A DNA stretch of 63,402 bases, counting the filler, from Bilabrum cf. latius (lineage: Eukaryota): the NCBI GenBank assembly GCA_965178125.1. It is 3 parts of 3 records of this genome, joined end to end, with 100 filler letters (N's around TTAATTAATTAA, not from the genome) between each part and the next. Parts side by side here need not be neighbours in the genome. Positions count along the whole stretch, not along the records: positions 23,759 to 47,123 come from CBCXTV010000044.1; positions 47,224 to 63,402 come from CBCXTV010000053.1; 1 more part is not named here. One strand, given 5' to 3'. Under the pieces are notes generated by a model. The model saw nothing but the letters and a program-made list of their open reading frames with translations, was not told where the DNA came from and did not search any database. Positions 46,062-58,808 of this stretch are shown one piece after another. The stretch's first letter is position 1. Every line of letters starts with the position of its first letter. The position numbers were made by a program, and so were the translations under genes.

Positions 46062-47084
46062 TCACGGCACGCTCTCCGGTCCGCCCGGTGCGAACTCAGA
46101 GTCGTCGTCTGTCGAAACGTGGTCGCTGTGGAAGATGTTGCTCTGGCCGTCTGAGGACACGGCATCCTGCCAGTATCGACGCAACTGCTCCGCCACGTCC
46201 ATGGCCGCATGGGAGCTCAGCGGGATCTGCTCGAAGAGAGCGTTACTGTCGTGCACTGCAAACAGCCTGGCCGCGACGCGATCTTGATGGCAAATTTCGA
46301 GTGTGGCGCGGATCCGGAAACAGTAGCCGTCCGGAAAGTTGCCCTGCATCAACTGGTCCTCCACCGCACACTGCGTGCACCAAATAGACCGCTCGGTACG
46401 TCGTATGTAGCCGGGCCACAGGGAATGCAGCAACGAGTACTGAGCCCGACGCAAGCTCTTCGGGTTGAAGCTGTCCGCCTGCTTGACCCGACTGCAGGCC
46501 TGGCACTTGAGGTTGGTGATCACGGCCGACTGCTCCCCAGCCAAATACCAGATCGTACGCGAGCGCAGCCTACGAGGAATCCACTGGCCCGACTTCCGGG
46601 GCACGACCATCGCCAAGAGCTTCGACTGCGGCGCGTCGATCTGCACCCTCGACCCGCAATCGCTGAGCGTAATGGCGTCGTCGAACACCCACGTGCCGCC
46701 CCAAGCATGACGCCTGCGCTGCTGCCGGGAGCTCGGGTTCGGTACCTCGCGAGGCCTGTCGGAAGGGGGGTCCGTCGGCTGCGGTGGTGTCGGATACCAG
46801 GAGAGAGCGGTCCACGGATTGATGCACGTGGACGTTGCCGCCTCGCGCGTCGCCGGAGTGGCTGAGCTGTCTGGTCGACGAAACGGTGGCGCCCACGCCG
46901 TGCAGGCCGCCACCTGCGCGGGCACATCGGGCAAGAATGCGCCTGCAGGTTCACGTGGCCGAGGTCGGGGAAGCTTCGTCGGGGTCAGGGATCCCATCGA
47001 GGAAGCCGCGTTCGCCGCTGGGATGGTCGTGCTCGAGGTTGACGAAGTCGCGTTCGCCCCTGACATGGTCGTGGTCGAGGTCAC
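46062..47084 (-). CDS. Hypothetical CxxC...CxxC protein (possibly Stc1-like zinc domain)
   Basis: LKCQACSRVKQADSF...WCTQC. Pieces of this ORF are reused in the mosaic region. The true start may lie in the gap. Confidence 0.45.
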   Translation of the reverse strand: MTSTTTMSGANATSSTSSTTIPAANAASSMGSLTPTKLPRPRPREPAGAFLPDVPAQVAACTAWAPPFRRPDSSATPATREAATSTCINPWTALSWYPTPPQPTDPPSDRPREVPNPSSRQQRRRHAWGGTWVFDDAITLSDCGSRVQIDAPQSKLLAMVVPRKSGQWIPRRLRSRTIWYLAGEQSAVITNLKCQACSRVKQADSFNPKSLRRAQYSLLHSLWPGYIRRTERSIWCTQCAVEDQLMQGNFPDGYCFRIRATLEICHQDRVAARLFAVHDSNALFEQIPLSSHAAMDVAEQLRRYWQDAVSSDGQSNIFHSDHVSTDDDSEFAPGGPESVP

Positions 47085-47123
47085 GGCATGGCCGCCGAGG
47101 GGTGAGCGCGATCGCGGGGGGTC

Positions 47124-47223
47124 NNNNNNNNNNNNNNNNNNNNNNNNNNNNNNNNNNNNNNNNNNNNTTAATTAATTAANNNNNNNNNNNNNNNNNNNNN
47201 NNNNNNNNNNNNNNNNNNNNNNN
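47124..47223. other. Assembly gap with artificial linker
   Basis: N run - TTAATTAATTAA - N run. Confidence 0.97.
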
Positions 47224-47393
47224 TTGAGTCTGTCCCTGTCAAGAAGCGGTTTGTACACGGCGGCTTCGCCGAGAAGGCGGTTCTTGAGTGCCGGGCCGTG
47301 TTTCTCGGGGTCGAGCGTTGTGAGGTCGACCCAGTCGTCGACTTGTTCTTCGTATGAGAACCAAGAGGTACGTCCGTCAAAGGAGGGCGGCAC
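47224..47393 (-). CDS. Retrotransposon gag N-terminal fragment
   Basis: PPSFDG...W..YE....W pattern typical of gag N-termini, downstream of the PBS. Confidence 0.65.
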
Positions 47394-47989
47394 CTTCGTT
47401 GTGATGCCCTGTGTCGCAGTGGCGACAGGGTCTTGTCCTTGGTGTTGCAGGGCGTACGCCTGTCCGTCGTATCCGAAAATCCGTGCTTTCGTCGTATTCG
47501 TCCGTCATCATCATTGTCGCTGTGTGCTGAAGAGAACTTCAGCTCACTCACGCGAGACGTGCGAGGCGACAGAGAAGAATCTCTGTTCGCTCACGCGAAA
47601 CTTCTATCTCGGTGAGGTAATCGAAGGAGTGCGTATTCACGTAGAAGCGACGCTCCGTTACCACTTGAAGCTCGTGGTAGCGCAAGCGGTAGTCCACTGG
47701 GCTCAAGAATAGATCGACGACAGCAGTCAAGAAGAGCGCAGTCTGGTCGGTATGCTTCAACGCGGAGGTGAACTGATAAATCGCCAAAGGGTGAATCGCT
47801 CAACGCCAATCAGCGGAGGTGCGGATCGATATATGACGGAGCGCGGAGGTCGGTGCTGCGCGACGGTTTTCTCTGCGATCGCGCGGAAGAATCCCCGGAA
47901 CCGCTGTAGTTGCGAAGGCGCAAAATGCTAGTGCAATGCATGTGACTTCTGACAGGGGCTGACGTGACGGGCCTGCGTCAAATGCAACA
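47224..47989 (-). mobile_element. 5' end of an LTR retrotransposon (LTR, PBS, gag start), cut by the gap
   Basis: Candidate LTR 47989-47666 (TG...CA), then AG and a PBS-like TGGTAACGGAGC (47663-47652). A gag-like ITTKVPPSFDGRTSWFSYEEQVDDW...GPALKNRL follows. Confidence 0.7.
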
Positions 47990-48310
47990 CCGGGCCCGGG
48001 CCTGGGCCGGGGCCGGGCCCGGGCCAGGGCCCGGGCCCGGGCCCGGGGCCGGGCCCGGGCCCGCGCCCGGGCCCGGGGCCGGACCCGGGCCCGGGCCCGG
48101 GCCCGGCCCCGGGCCCGGGCCCGGGCCGGGGCCCGGGCCCGGGCCCGGGCCCGGGCCCGGGCCGGGGCCGGGGCCGGGGCCGGGGCCGGGCCCCGGGCCC
48201 GGGCCAGGCCCGGGCCGGGCCCGGGCCGGGGCCGGGCCCGGGGCCGAGCCCGGGCCCGGGCCCGGGCCCGGGCCCGGGCCCGGGCCCGGGCCGGGCCCGG
48301 GCCCGGGGGC
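47990..48310. repeat. (CCCGGG)n GC-only simple repeat
   Basis: Seen directly; a shorter copy lies in an intron at 55457-55530. Confidence 0.95.
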
Positions 48311-48515
48311 CGTTCCCAGAATGCCACTGTACACCATGCCATTTAGCAACGGCTTGGTTGACCTCGGCCCGAGGCCCGGGCGGCCTTGGGCCCTGGCCCG
48401 GGCGCAAGACTTCGGCCGGGGCCTTGCCATGGGCCGGGCCGTTTGGATGTCGCTCCCGGAGTCTCCTGACCTCTATATTTTATGTTTTTGCCGGCGTTTT
48501 GCCCGTGACTTTAAC

Positions 48516-48954
48516 GTTATAATGCACGCGACCCGCTACAGACTGGAAAATCCGGATTTCCGGATTTTGCCAAAAAATCCCGAAAAATGCCGGCCGGGGC
48601 TCCGGAGAAAAAGTCGCAAAAAAAATGCCAAAAATGGTCCAGAAAACCTCCCGGTTTTTTGGGACCTTTTTTGGACCGTTTTTTTTGACATGTTTTGGCC
48701 GTGTTTGGCCGACTTTTGGCCAATTCTGGCAAAACATTGCCAGATTCTGCCAAAAATCGGCCAAAAACGGCCAAAAAAAAGGTCAAAAAATGGTCCAAAA
48801 AAGGTCAAAAAACCTCCGGGAGGCTTTCTGGATCTTTGTTTGACCTTTATTTGAGACTTTTTTTCGGGAGCCCCGGCCGGCATTCTTCGGGATTTTTTGG
48901 CAAAATCCGGAAATCCGGATTTTCCAGTCTGTAGCGGGTCGCGTGCATTATAAC
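48516..48954. mobile_element. Foldback/MITE-like palindromic element (~440 bp)
   Basis: ~100-bp near-perfect inverted arms GTTATAATGCACGCGACCCGCTACAGACTGGAAAATCCGG... The interior is also imperfectly palindromic and has no coding capacity. Confidence 0.8.
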
Positions 48955-49719
48955 TTGGGGGGGGGGCCTTCACCGACTATTCTTTAGGGGGGGTTGGCGG
49001 TACAAATCTTGGTATTTCGTTCCCTTTTTTGGGGGAGTTGGCGGTCATTTCGTTCCCTTTTTGAGCCCGAAAAATTCTTGGATCGTTCCCAAGCTGTTTC
49101 CGAATCGTTCCCGTTACTCTGCGTGCTTTTCCAAGGTTGCATGATCTGCGTCAGGAATGCGGAATACAGTTCAGAATAATGCGGGCACCAAGCTCCAAGT
49201 TGATGCAACCTCACCCTCTCGGTGTCTTGGGGTCATGCGGCGTGCGGCTGCAACCCCATGATGCGCAAACGGCAAATTTGTGGTGCTGGTGACGGTGGGG
49301 ATGTACGGAGGGCCGGAGGAGGCGAGGGGCAAGCGACCGCTTGGGGGTGAAGGGCAGTCGATTACGAGTGACCTCTGCTCGACTCGCCCTGATCGCGCGC
49401 TGCTTTCTTCCATCTGCGACGTCGACTTGGAGCGCACCCCAACGCTCTCGCCGAGACGGCCTGACCCCGGTCTTACCGCCGACTCTTGCGCCGACGAAGC
49501 GCGGCTCGAGGCAAAAGCTAGCGCAAGCCGGTCTGTGACTGTATGCCTCCTACTCGGGACACGCCACCGCCCGCAATCCGATCCGGAAACACGGCAATAC
49601 CTTGGGATAAGACTTTGAGCTATGATGCCATGCTTTGTGTGGCCTTCGGTTTACAAAATCGGGGGTGGGAGTGCGGACTACATAGTCGGCAACACCGGCC
49701 GGACGCGCAGGCTCGCGGC

Positions 49720-52700
49720 TCACTTTTTCGGCGCGAGTCCGACGAGCATCTCGCGCAGCGTCTCGCGGACAGCCAAGTACTTCTTCTTCCCAAAGGCCTT
49801 CAAGCAACGCTTTGCCAAGGCCTGTCTGCACTCGCCCGGGCCCAGCTTGCGCAAGATCGCTTGCGCCGCCGTAAGATTGCCGAGGCAGAGGGCGGCCTTC
49901 TCCAGATCGGTCTTGTTGGTTTCGCGCGCCCGCTCGAGGGTCTCCCCGAGCACCTTCGCATACGGCTCCAGCGTTTCCCCAAAAGCCAAGTCGGACGCGA
50001 AGCCGGTGCGACCGACCTCGGCGAGCTAAGAATCATATCATCATATCATCATATCCTATTTTTGTTGTTGTTCCCGCTTTTTCTTCTCTGGATCAATTTA
50101 TGATTTCGCTTGAACGGTAATTAGCAATTCATCTTTCATGCAAATACCTCGGCAAGCTCCGCAGCTTCCTTCTCGAGCGCCTCGAGACGCTCCATGTGCC
50201 CGTACAACACACCAGAATTCTCGTCGTCGCAATACTTAAGTATGGTGGCCTCGTTCTTCTTCACATCGTCAGACGACTGCAAGCCGTCGAAGCAGTCCTT
50301 GCACGCAACCAACTTCTTCATGACGGCCTTGACCTGATAATGCGCCATAAAGATAGTCATACATATTTCCTCAACATTTTCCAAGGAGGTCAACCCCAAT
50401 GTGTCCGACGCCCAAATATTTAGAATCAATCCAATCGGAAATCATCGACTCGAGCAGCAGCCCTTGGGAGAAGAAAGACGGAAGAAGCGGGGGGAACAAA
50501 CAATGGACGACAGATGTCGACTTGGTATTATCAACATAAACTAATCCTGACCGCAAGAGCGACGTTCGAGACATGAGTTGCGCGACGTCATCGTGCAGTG
50601 CCGAAAGGCGACATGGGCGCGCGTCATTTGCCTTGCATGCTGGAAAAGGGCCATGGATCATAAGCCGGGCGCGGCGACAACTCGCACAATCGAAGCCCTG
50701 GAAACATGCACCCCGGAAGGACCTTCGTAATATTGCTGTTGAACTCCTTCGCCGTGGACTTGCACAACATGTCATACTGCTTCTGGATGTGCGTCTCCAT
50801 CGACTCCGCGACTCGCTTGGCGAACTCGATCAGGTCCGCCGTCGAGTCGGCAACCTGGCGAGGCAAGCAAATTAGACATTGGTGAGTTCGCGAGGTACAA
50901 GGCCGAGGCGTAAGAAATGGAGAAGAACCATCGGATGCCACCCAAAGTACGAGCCGGGAAGCTCAATCTAAGCAACGTGCCCGCGATTGATCGTGGGTCC
51001 GGAAGATTCCCGGTCCAGGCTCTGCGACCGCACATGGTCGCGGTCGATCGCCTGGCTTGCGGTGGCGACCAACGACCTAGTACATTGACTTATGACATCT
51101 GGGGTTGGGCTTACGGAGAGGGCAATGCCATGGCAACAAGGCGTTGAATGGGTCAAGACAACGAAACGGATTTGTCACCGACTCACCGAAAGGCACCTTC
51201 GATTTCAGCAACTTGGCCGAGGAGAGCCCTGTGCCCGCGGCGTCCACGAACCCCTCGACCGAGAATGACGTCTTCCTTGGTTCTTGGTTTTGACTGGCGA
51301 ACGTCGCGGAGGCCCGTTACTCTTATCAACCGTCAAGTGCCAATTGCTAGCAGTAACGGCGTTCACTTTGGCGGCGTTCGATTTCATGACTCATGGGGTC
51401 CCGGTCACACAATCGACCAAGAACGGAGCCACGCAGAGCTCGGACATTAGAATCGCGCGGCGCTTGCCGGCGATGTTGATGCTTACCGTCAACAAGTCCT
51501 CCGGCAACATGCCGTGGTAGGTGTTGCGGAACGCCTCCGACAACTCCTTCGCCTTCTTGAGCGAGTCTTGCGAAACGCTCGACGTCTTGGGCTCAGTCTT
51601 CTTGTCGGCGATGGCGTTCACGAACGGCAAGAAGCCATCGCAGTAGATCTCGCCAAAGTGCTTCTGCAAGTTCTCTGCGATCGCCTTGCGCAAGGAGTCG
51701 CGGATCTCACCGCGTACGCAGCCGACGCCCTCCGTCCGCAACCAAGACCCCCACCTGAGGAGAGGCCAGCCGAGAGCGACCGAAAGCGGAGAGCGGGGGA
51801 TTGGACGAAAGCAAGAAAGAAGCGGATCGGCCTGCTCGACATGGGGAAGTCCGGATTCCGGATGACGTTCGCAACACAACGAGATTAGCAGAGACAGGCT
51901 CAAAGGCCAAGCGACATCGGCGATATTCTTTAGGCCGACACCGGATATTCCGCATGGTCCAAACCCCAACATAACCCAGAGTTCTGACATTGAAGAATGC
52001 AACGTTCTGTACCAGACATCTTGCGCCTGACAACAGTGTGACATTGTGTGTGTGTCGCCTTGACCAAGCACCTTCGCGATGCCACCGCACCCACACGCCA
52101 AGCTTATGCGCCCGGGGGAGAAGAACGCCTTGCAAGCGCGAGCTCAGTGTTTCACATCCCCTGGGCCCGGCCCCCGGTGGCGCAAGACCTCGGGAGCGGG
52201 CGATGTTTGTGGACGCCGAGCCTTTCAACAAGCACACCCAAGGCACAAGGTTGTTCATGGCCTCGAGCTCGGACGCCCCGTTCGTCATGAAGTCGTCGAA
52301 GCCTTGCGAGAATTGCTTCGGCATGTACTCGGTCATCTTCGTGCTCATCGCCTTGGAGATGAAGGACTTCGTCGCCATGACGCTTTTCTGCAACTCCTCC
52401 GACGTCTTGCCAACGTCCTCGATCGTGCCCTCGGCGGACACGAGGTTGGCGAGCTTCGGCTCGAACTCGCCAAGGCCCGCGGCGACATGCTTCTCGACTG
52501 CGGCTTTCACGCTCCCGGCCAAGGCCTTGAACTTGTTGTCCAGCGGCTCCGTGACCTGCGGGGCACTGAAGGTGCGCAGAGTACGGCGAAAGCGAAACCT
52601 ATCGACACCCAATCAAAGCCATACCAAGAGTTGGACGACCTCCTTATTCTAACTTCTTGCTCAGGATCCGGGGCTCGTTGCCATCTGAATCTTCGATGAT

Positions 52701-53200
52701 CTAAAGCTTGACCACATGGTGCATTGACAAGACCACCGGCCACTGAAATTCTGACGAAGGGCGACTCACATGGCATGGCCTTGCAGAGACGAATGCCGGA
52801 AATGGAAGTTGTGCTCGGCAAGCAAACGTTGCTACCTTGCAATGTCATTGGCGGCGTTACGATTACTAAGGTTGTCCACCCGAGCGCCTGCGCTTGTCTG
52901 AAGCGATCGGAGCACACACCGAAGATCTTGTTGTAGCTCTCCGCTGCGTCCCGCCACGCCTGAGCGTTGGGGATGACGATGGAGCCATCTTGGATGATGA
53001 TGTCGCTCGGCGTCGGCGCGACGATGGTCGACATTGCGAGCCCAAGGCAGCGCATCTGCAATGTGCAATTCTTGTCGGCCAAGAGGCCCTCCATCTCCTT
53101 GGCCGCCTTCGCGGTCACCTTGGCGCCCGTCGGAAGTACGGTGAAGGCCTTGTAGTACGACCCGGTCTTGTTGGCATTGAAGCCCTCCCACAACACCTGT

Positions 53201-53258
<58 letters not shown>

Positions 53259-56200
53259 GTCTCTGTCTGTTTCTTGTCATTCATTGATCATGTCCTCAAG
53301 CTTTCGGTCTTTCTCGCTTTTTTGGCGGTTTGCATTGTCCATTATCTGTTTCTTAGTATTTCTTCATGTTCTACTCTCCCGCGCTGCACCTCTATGTCGT
53401 GAATCTCCTCCGCCCTGTAGGTGTTGTTCGCCAGCCGGACGATGGCGCCGACGCGCCGAAGATCTTCCCCAACCGCGCCATCAAGAATCTGGACCTTCAG
53501 CACGACGCTCATGAAGGACGCGAGCTTGCCCTCCATCGCCTCCATCAAGTTCTCGTCGACCTCGCGGCACATGTCGAGGATGTTCTTCTGGATGACCGAT
53601 GCTTGCAACGCCGACGCCTCGTTGATCGCCTGCATCGATGGTGAATTGCCGTCCATGGCCTTCGCGACGGCGTCCCAATCTTCTGCCTCCACGCCCTCGC
53701 GGATCTTGCGCAAGATGAGGGTCTCGTCAGCCTTCGAGGCGACCGAGTATTTCAACTCATCCCGCGGACGGCAGAGTGCGCTCTCCAGCGAGCTTGCTGT
53801 GCCGAGCGGACTGTCAGCCGCGGCCGAGAACGACATGACGAACTGGTTGATCGCCGTGAAGGACTCCTTGCGACCTTTCAAGCGGTCCAAGATCTCCATG
53901 CCCCTCGTGTTGCTCCCATCGAAGTCCTCGGTGTATAGGCGAATCATCTCCCCAGTCAGCCGGCCGTCCACCTTGGCAAGGAGCGCAGAGCAAGCCTTCT
54001 GGGAGATCGCCAGCAACTCCGTGTTGTGAGAAAGCCCCGCACCACACGATGTCACGCATGCGCAAGTGACCAAGCAAAAGCCGCACCACAACACTCCCCG
54101 CGCCCCACAGCTCGGAGCGGACAGAACGCAACATGCAAGAACATACGCTCACAGTTCCGACGCCTAAGGAAAAGTAGACTTGGTCTGGAAGCTCGAAAGT
54201 TTAAGCGCCGGCCACTTTTGCTCAAAGGCATCCGCATTGTCGCCGAAACCCCAACAGAAAGAGACCCATGCAAGCCCGAGGGCCCAATCCGAATCTAGCC
54301 ATTGTTGGTGCTACATCATAGATTCTTGCCCCCGCACTCGCCTCTGCACCATCTGGTCGATTTGCAAGATCACTTGCTCTGCAGTGTCCATCTCCCGTCG
54401 AGCGATGGCTGCCCGATGAGCCCCCTTCTTCTCGGCGGACGCAGGCTTGACGACCGCGGCAGGCGTCGACTGCTCCTCTTGCTTGGTCTCCGGCGTCTCC
54501 CCCTCTTCGTTCTCGCAGGGCGCCTTGTGCCGCATCCGCTTTGCCGGCTTCGCGGTGCGCCTCGCAACGAGCCATTTCAATCCGAGAGTACCCCGCGAGC
54601 AATGACCCGCCAACATGTCACCACTTCTGTAGCGAGCCTACGCCGACTTGCTGAGCAACCACATGCCAACGAACTCGGTGTCTGAGATGTGCGGCCTGAA
54701 CGGATGTGATCTGTCGCACGAACAAACTTGCCCGCATGACAATGGATTGGCCCAGAGCGTGGGCTCTTCCGAAACCAGACCTTCATAAATTCACAACTCT
54801 GATGTCTTGACCGCGCCACGGCCGAGAGCAATGCCAAAGCCTATCTATCGCCCATGGCCCATGCCCTTGCCGCCCACCCCAAGCAAAGTAGGCCATTGTT
54901 GGCCATTGCATTTCTGGTCTCTGTTTTGTGGAGCATGAGCGGAGCCACCTCCCTTTTGGCAATCAATCAAACCAAAGCCTTGTTGATGCACACTTCGCTT
55001 TCTCGAGTCGTTTGTGTGGTGGTGCGTCTTCCCACCTAGACTTGGACCTCCCTATTTGTTGATGGACACATCTAGAAAGGGGCCTGGGCTTCACTTGCGG
55101 CTCCTCAACGTCCGATGCGTCTTCGCCGTCCGCAACGCTCTCGGTCTTCTCGGCCTTTTTGCCACTTGACTCCGCACGCAAGCGCTTGCCCCAAACGCTG
55201 TCCATGAGGTCGTCGTCGTCGGACGAGTCCGCCGCCGCCTTGGACTTGCCAACGGTGAAGGCGACCTTGTAGGCACCCTCGTTCTTGCTGTCGCCCTTCA
55301 CCGAGAGACGCAATCGCTTCTGGCCTTGCTCCCATGCCGCTTCGACTTCCTTGTCCACCGCCGTCTCGGAGTCAGCGACCACACCCTTCAGACTCACGCC
55401 CGCCGAGCACACCTGTTTTTTCTGACTTTGGTGCGATGGTCAAGTCATGTTCTATTCCCGGGCCCGGGCCCGGGCTCGGGCCCGGGGGTCAAGGGCAAGG
55501 GGCCCGGCCCGGGCCCGGGCCTTGGCCCGGACCAGGCTTGTTGTCACAGTTTGGATTGCGCCGGGCTACGATTGCCGAAGTGCCATTCCGTTTTCTGCAG
55601 TCATGTTCCCCGAGCAGACCTTATTGTATTCAATGACGCCGGGCGGGCCCTTCTCGTTGAGAAGGACGCCGCGGAGCGTTTTCTCGCCGACCTGGAACGA
55701 CTTAATCTTGGCCTTGTCCAATTTCACCCCCTTCTCCCGCTCGTATACCGCCTTGGGCCATATGTAGCCCAGGAACATCCGTGCCTCAACCTGGCCGGGA
55801 TGATCAGTGCTGTGCGTTGTGGCCCCGACCCTCACAAGACAACCACCACCTTTTTTTTCCCATTGCGTTGCAACCCGGAGAGTCGAATGCACACATGCTG
55901 CATGCTTCACTTCTGCATGGCATGGCCCCGGCCAACCTGGTCCGTCGAATGGGCGACGACTTGCTTCGTCCCCTTGTTCACAGTCTTGAACTTCTCCTTG
56001 CCGCCGCTCTCGTTCTTCTGACGCTCCCACTCGACCAGCTTGGCCATGAACTCCTTGTGGTACTCCCTATCGGCGCCCAACTTCGCCTCCAAGTCCGCCT
56101 TTGACTGGTTGGCATAAAGTGGCACCGACAACACGAACCATGGGCACGAGCCGCACTCTCGCCCTTTCTCTCGCCGCCATTTCAAGAAGCGGCCCTTGAC

Positions 56201-56359
56201 GTAGGACGAGAGTGGGTTGGGGGTTCTGGAGCTTCGCCCGCACAACTTGCAGATCCTGAAAGGGGGCAGATCCCCCGATTCCTCGAAGCACGAGGGAGCC
56301 GCCGAGACGCCCCCCAAGAGGTCGAGCGGACATGGCGCCGTTGCGGACGCTTCCCCCAT
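49720..56359 (-). CDS. Large multi-exon (~11 exons) hypothetical protein with an N-terminal CxxC...CxxC zinc finger and a helical C-terminus
   Basis: Exons come from ORFs 55907.., 55566.., 54963.., 54311.., 53342.., 52507.., 51707.., 51391.., 50624.., 50136.. and 49720... In-frame AG|GT junctions are seen (e.g. STDQ|VEARM, EYNK|VCSAG). N-terminus CKLC...W....GRECGSC. Confidence 0.65.
53198..53257. repeat. (TTG)n microsatellite at an intron acceptor
   Basis: Reads (CAA)n-ACAG|GTG on the minus strand. Confidence 0.9.
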
Positions 56360-57191
56360 CCCTTGCGCAATCGCGGTTCTTGAAACCGCTTGAGTCCCCT
56401 CTCCGGCAGGGTGGTGCAAGGCACAAGTGTTCAAGGATGCGAGACGTTCGAGCCTACATCAGAAACATATCGACGCGAGATCAAATTGTGATGGCCGATC
56501 GCCCACGCAGACGCCGCCGTCCCGACAATCGCAAACTCAATGCGAATCGCAGCCGACCCCATCCAGACACAATTTGCAGCCAAAGGCCGCCGGACACACC
56601 TCGACCGAAGCCTCCCGAAGGCCCGATTACTTTCTCACCGAATTCTGGGCCTCCCGAAGGCCCGAGATGGGCCGCCATGCTCTTGCAACCTTAGATGCTT
56701 GTGCAACATGCTCATGTTGAAAGACTCTTGTGACGCAAGAGTGCCCCCAACATTATTGACTCGACACATGCATACGCACAAGAACAGACAAGGACGACGC
56801 CCCGCAATCGGCCGGGCTCTTGTTGCATAATGGGACGAGTCGCCAACCGTCAAGCGCGCTTGCCGCCAAGCCGATCACTTCAGCATCACCGGTTGATGAG
56901 TGTCGCGTTTCAGACCCCTTTGCCACCTCGCGCCCAGATGCCCACATCAGCACCCACTCCTCCTCAATACAAACACTCCTTCAATCATTCCGATTCATTC
57001 ATATGGCGTTTAGGAGTCATATGAGTGATAGTCTAGACTGACTTACCTCTGCCACTTGGCCGCTTGCCACCCCATCACAGGCAGTCATGCATTCAGTCGC
57101 CTCACCCTTGCTTGCTTGACGCAGCACCGGTCCGCAACGAGCGCTTTGAAGGGCAATGCAATGCTTACCGAGCGGCGCCTCGTCTCAAGAG

Positions 57192-58808
57192 TTACGCATC
57201 ACTGTCATCGCTGTCGCGATCGCGATCGGGGCTGCCGCTCTGCGACAAAGGCGCTTGGACGCTCGCGCCCCTATGACTCTGCGCCAAGGCTATGCAAGTG
57301 CAAAAGACCATAGCTGCGACACAGCTCCCTTCGAACGCATTCCCGGCTAAGTCCGACAATAAGCGCGTGTCGTAACGGAGCACCTTCGACGCATCCGCCG
57401 CAGAGAACCACAAGCTTTGCAGGGCGAATTTCTCCGGCCCTAGCAATTCCCGACATCGGTTGGTTAAGTAGTACGAGTTTCGCGGAACTAGGCAACTGAC
57501 AAAGTCTGTACACCTACGCTGCCGGCCGGCTGACTGCCGGACCTCGATGGACGAACACGCTTCTTCTGGGAAACCCGTCACCCCGGCGAGTTGTATGGTC
57601 TCCATCTCACGGGTCGAGAAGCGATTCAAGCCGGAGAAGCACTCAACAATGTTGGGGTCCACAACGCCTAAGGTCTCCCATGCTAGGCCTCGCTCCTCGG
57701 CCAATCGCATGTGATGCCCCACCCACTTGAAGCCGCCCTTCGAGCGCTTTGCCGGCGGATGACAGGCACTGACCACCGAACCGTCGAGCGCAATGCCCGA
57801 CACGGAAGCGCCGCTGGCACCGACGTCCATGGAACGCTTGCACCTCAGATGGTCATAATACCGACGCACATAGGGGTGACTCTCTGGGAGCAAGTACTCG
57901 CTCAAAGGCCGTAGGCCGGCGCCCACAATCGCATCCATGGTTGCCCGAAGCTTTCCTTCGAACGTGTGCTTCGTCAGCGAGGCGCGCGACAACTCCGCCT
58001 CCGAGACGCAAGTCATCCACAATCTGTCACGATGATGGGGGACTCCGAAGTGCAGCATGGGATTCAAGCGGCACACCGATGTCACACACCCCGCCTCTTG
58101 TTGCAAGAGGCCTACGGCGACATCCAAGTTCGACGGGCCGCAAGGAAGGCCTCCGACTCTCGGGGGCTGGTTGAGGGCGATCACATTCTCCAATAGAGAA
58201 AATCTCAAGGAGTTGGCATGCTGTGCGATGTAGCCCAAGACACCCCGAAATACCGATCCAGTGGCCAAGTCTGAGTTCAACACCGCTGTCCTGTTCGCGA
58301 TACTCGCACTGTGTGGGTTCAATGATGATGCCGTTGTGCATGGGAAGCCACCTGCGAATGCATCGCACCTTGGAATGCACTGTTCCGAATGGCTGATCAG
58401 ATCGTAGGACTTGCGACCTCCCAGTTTCCTCGTGTCCGGAAAGAGCGCCTGCATGCCGGGGTGCAGATCTTTTAAGAACCGCTGCTTGGCCACCACGATC
58501 TCCGAGCTAAACGAGTGCCGAATGTTGACTTGCACCCCCATGTCTACCTCCAGCACTTGCGCGAGCCCTGCCCAAGCCAGCGATGGGACATCCGTCCCGC
58601 TGCAGCACGAGCCAAGCCGAAAGTCTTGGGAGACGCTTACATGGGCCTGGAACCAATGCCCCATGCGAGCGCGGTCGTCGGTGGAGATGCGATCCATGAA
58701 GCGCCGGAAGAGCTGTTGGAAGTAAGTGGCGCCGGGGGCGATCGCAAGGTCGTTGCTCTGCTGCACTTGCGGCGACCAGACCTCGGCCCGAGGCCAAGCC
58801 ATGTCCAT
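57192..58808 (-). CDS. Intronless C5 cytosine DNA methyltransferase, DNMT5-like catalytic domain without SNF2 (538 aa)
   Basis: GSCCSGTDVP (DNMT5-type motif I), FSSEI...KQRFL, GGFPC...SSLN, TGSVF, LLENV, FGVPHHRDRLW, RELLGPEKFALQ and DLAGNAF are all present. The ORF extension to 59420 runs through repeats. Confidence 0.9.
   Translation of the reverse strand: MDMAWPRAEVWSPQVQQSNDLAIAPGATYFQQLFRRFMDRISTDDRARMGHWFQAHVSVSQDFRLGSCCSGTDVPSLAWAGLAQVLEVDMGVQVNIRHSFSSEIVVAKQRFLKDLHPGMQALFPDTRKLGGRKSYDLISHSEQCIPRCDAFAGGFPCTTASSLNPHSASIANRTAVLNSDLATGSVFRGVLGYIAQHANSLRFSLLENVIALNQPPRVGGLPCGPSNLDVAVGLLQQEAGCVTSVCRLNPMLHFGVPHHRDRLWMTCVSEAELSRASLTKHTFEGKLRATMDAIVGAGLRPLSEYLLPESHPYVRRYYDHLRCKRSMDVGASGASVSGIALDGSVVSACHPPAKRSKGGFKWVGHHMRLAEERGLAWETLGVVDPNIVECFSGLNRFSTREMETIQLAGVTGFPEEACSSIEVRQSAGRQRRCTDFVSCLVPRNSYYLTNRCRELLGPEKFALQSLWFSAADASKVLRYDTRLLSDLAGNAFEGSCVAAMVFCTCIALAQSHRGASVQAPLSQSGSPDRDRDSDDSDA

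Noticed and set aside
23659-47223. One continuous giant element or virus spanning both DNMTs and rep
   Set aside because: Artificial linkers separate three contigs, so linkage is unproven. I recognised no capsid, polB or packaging ATPase.
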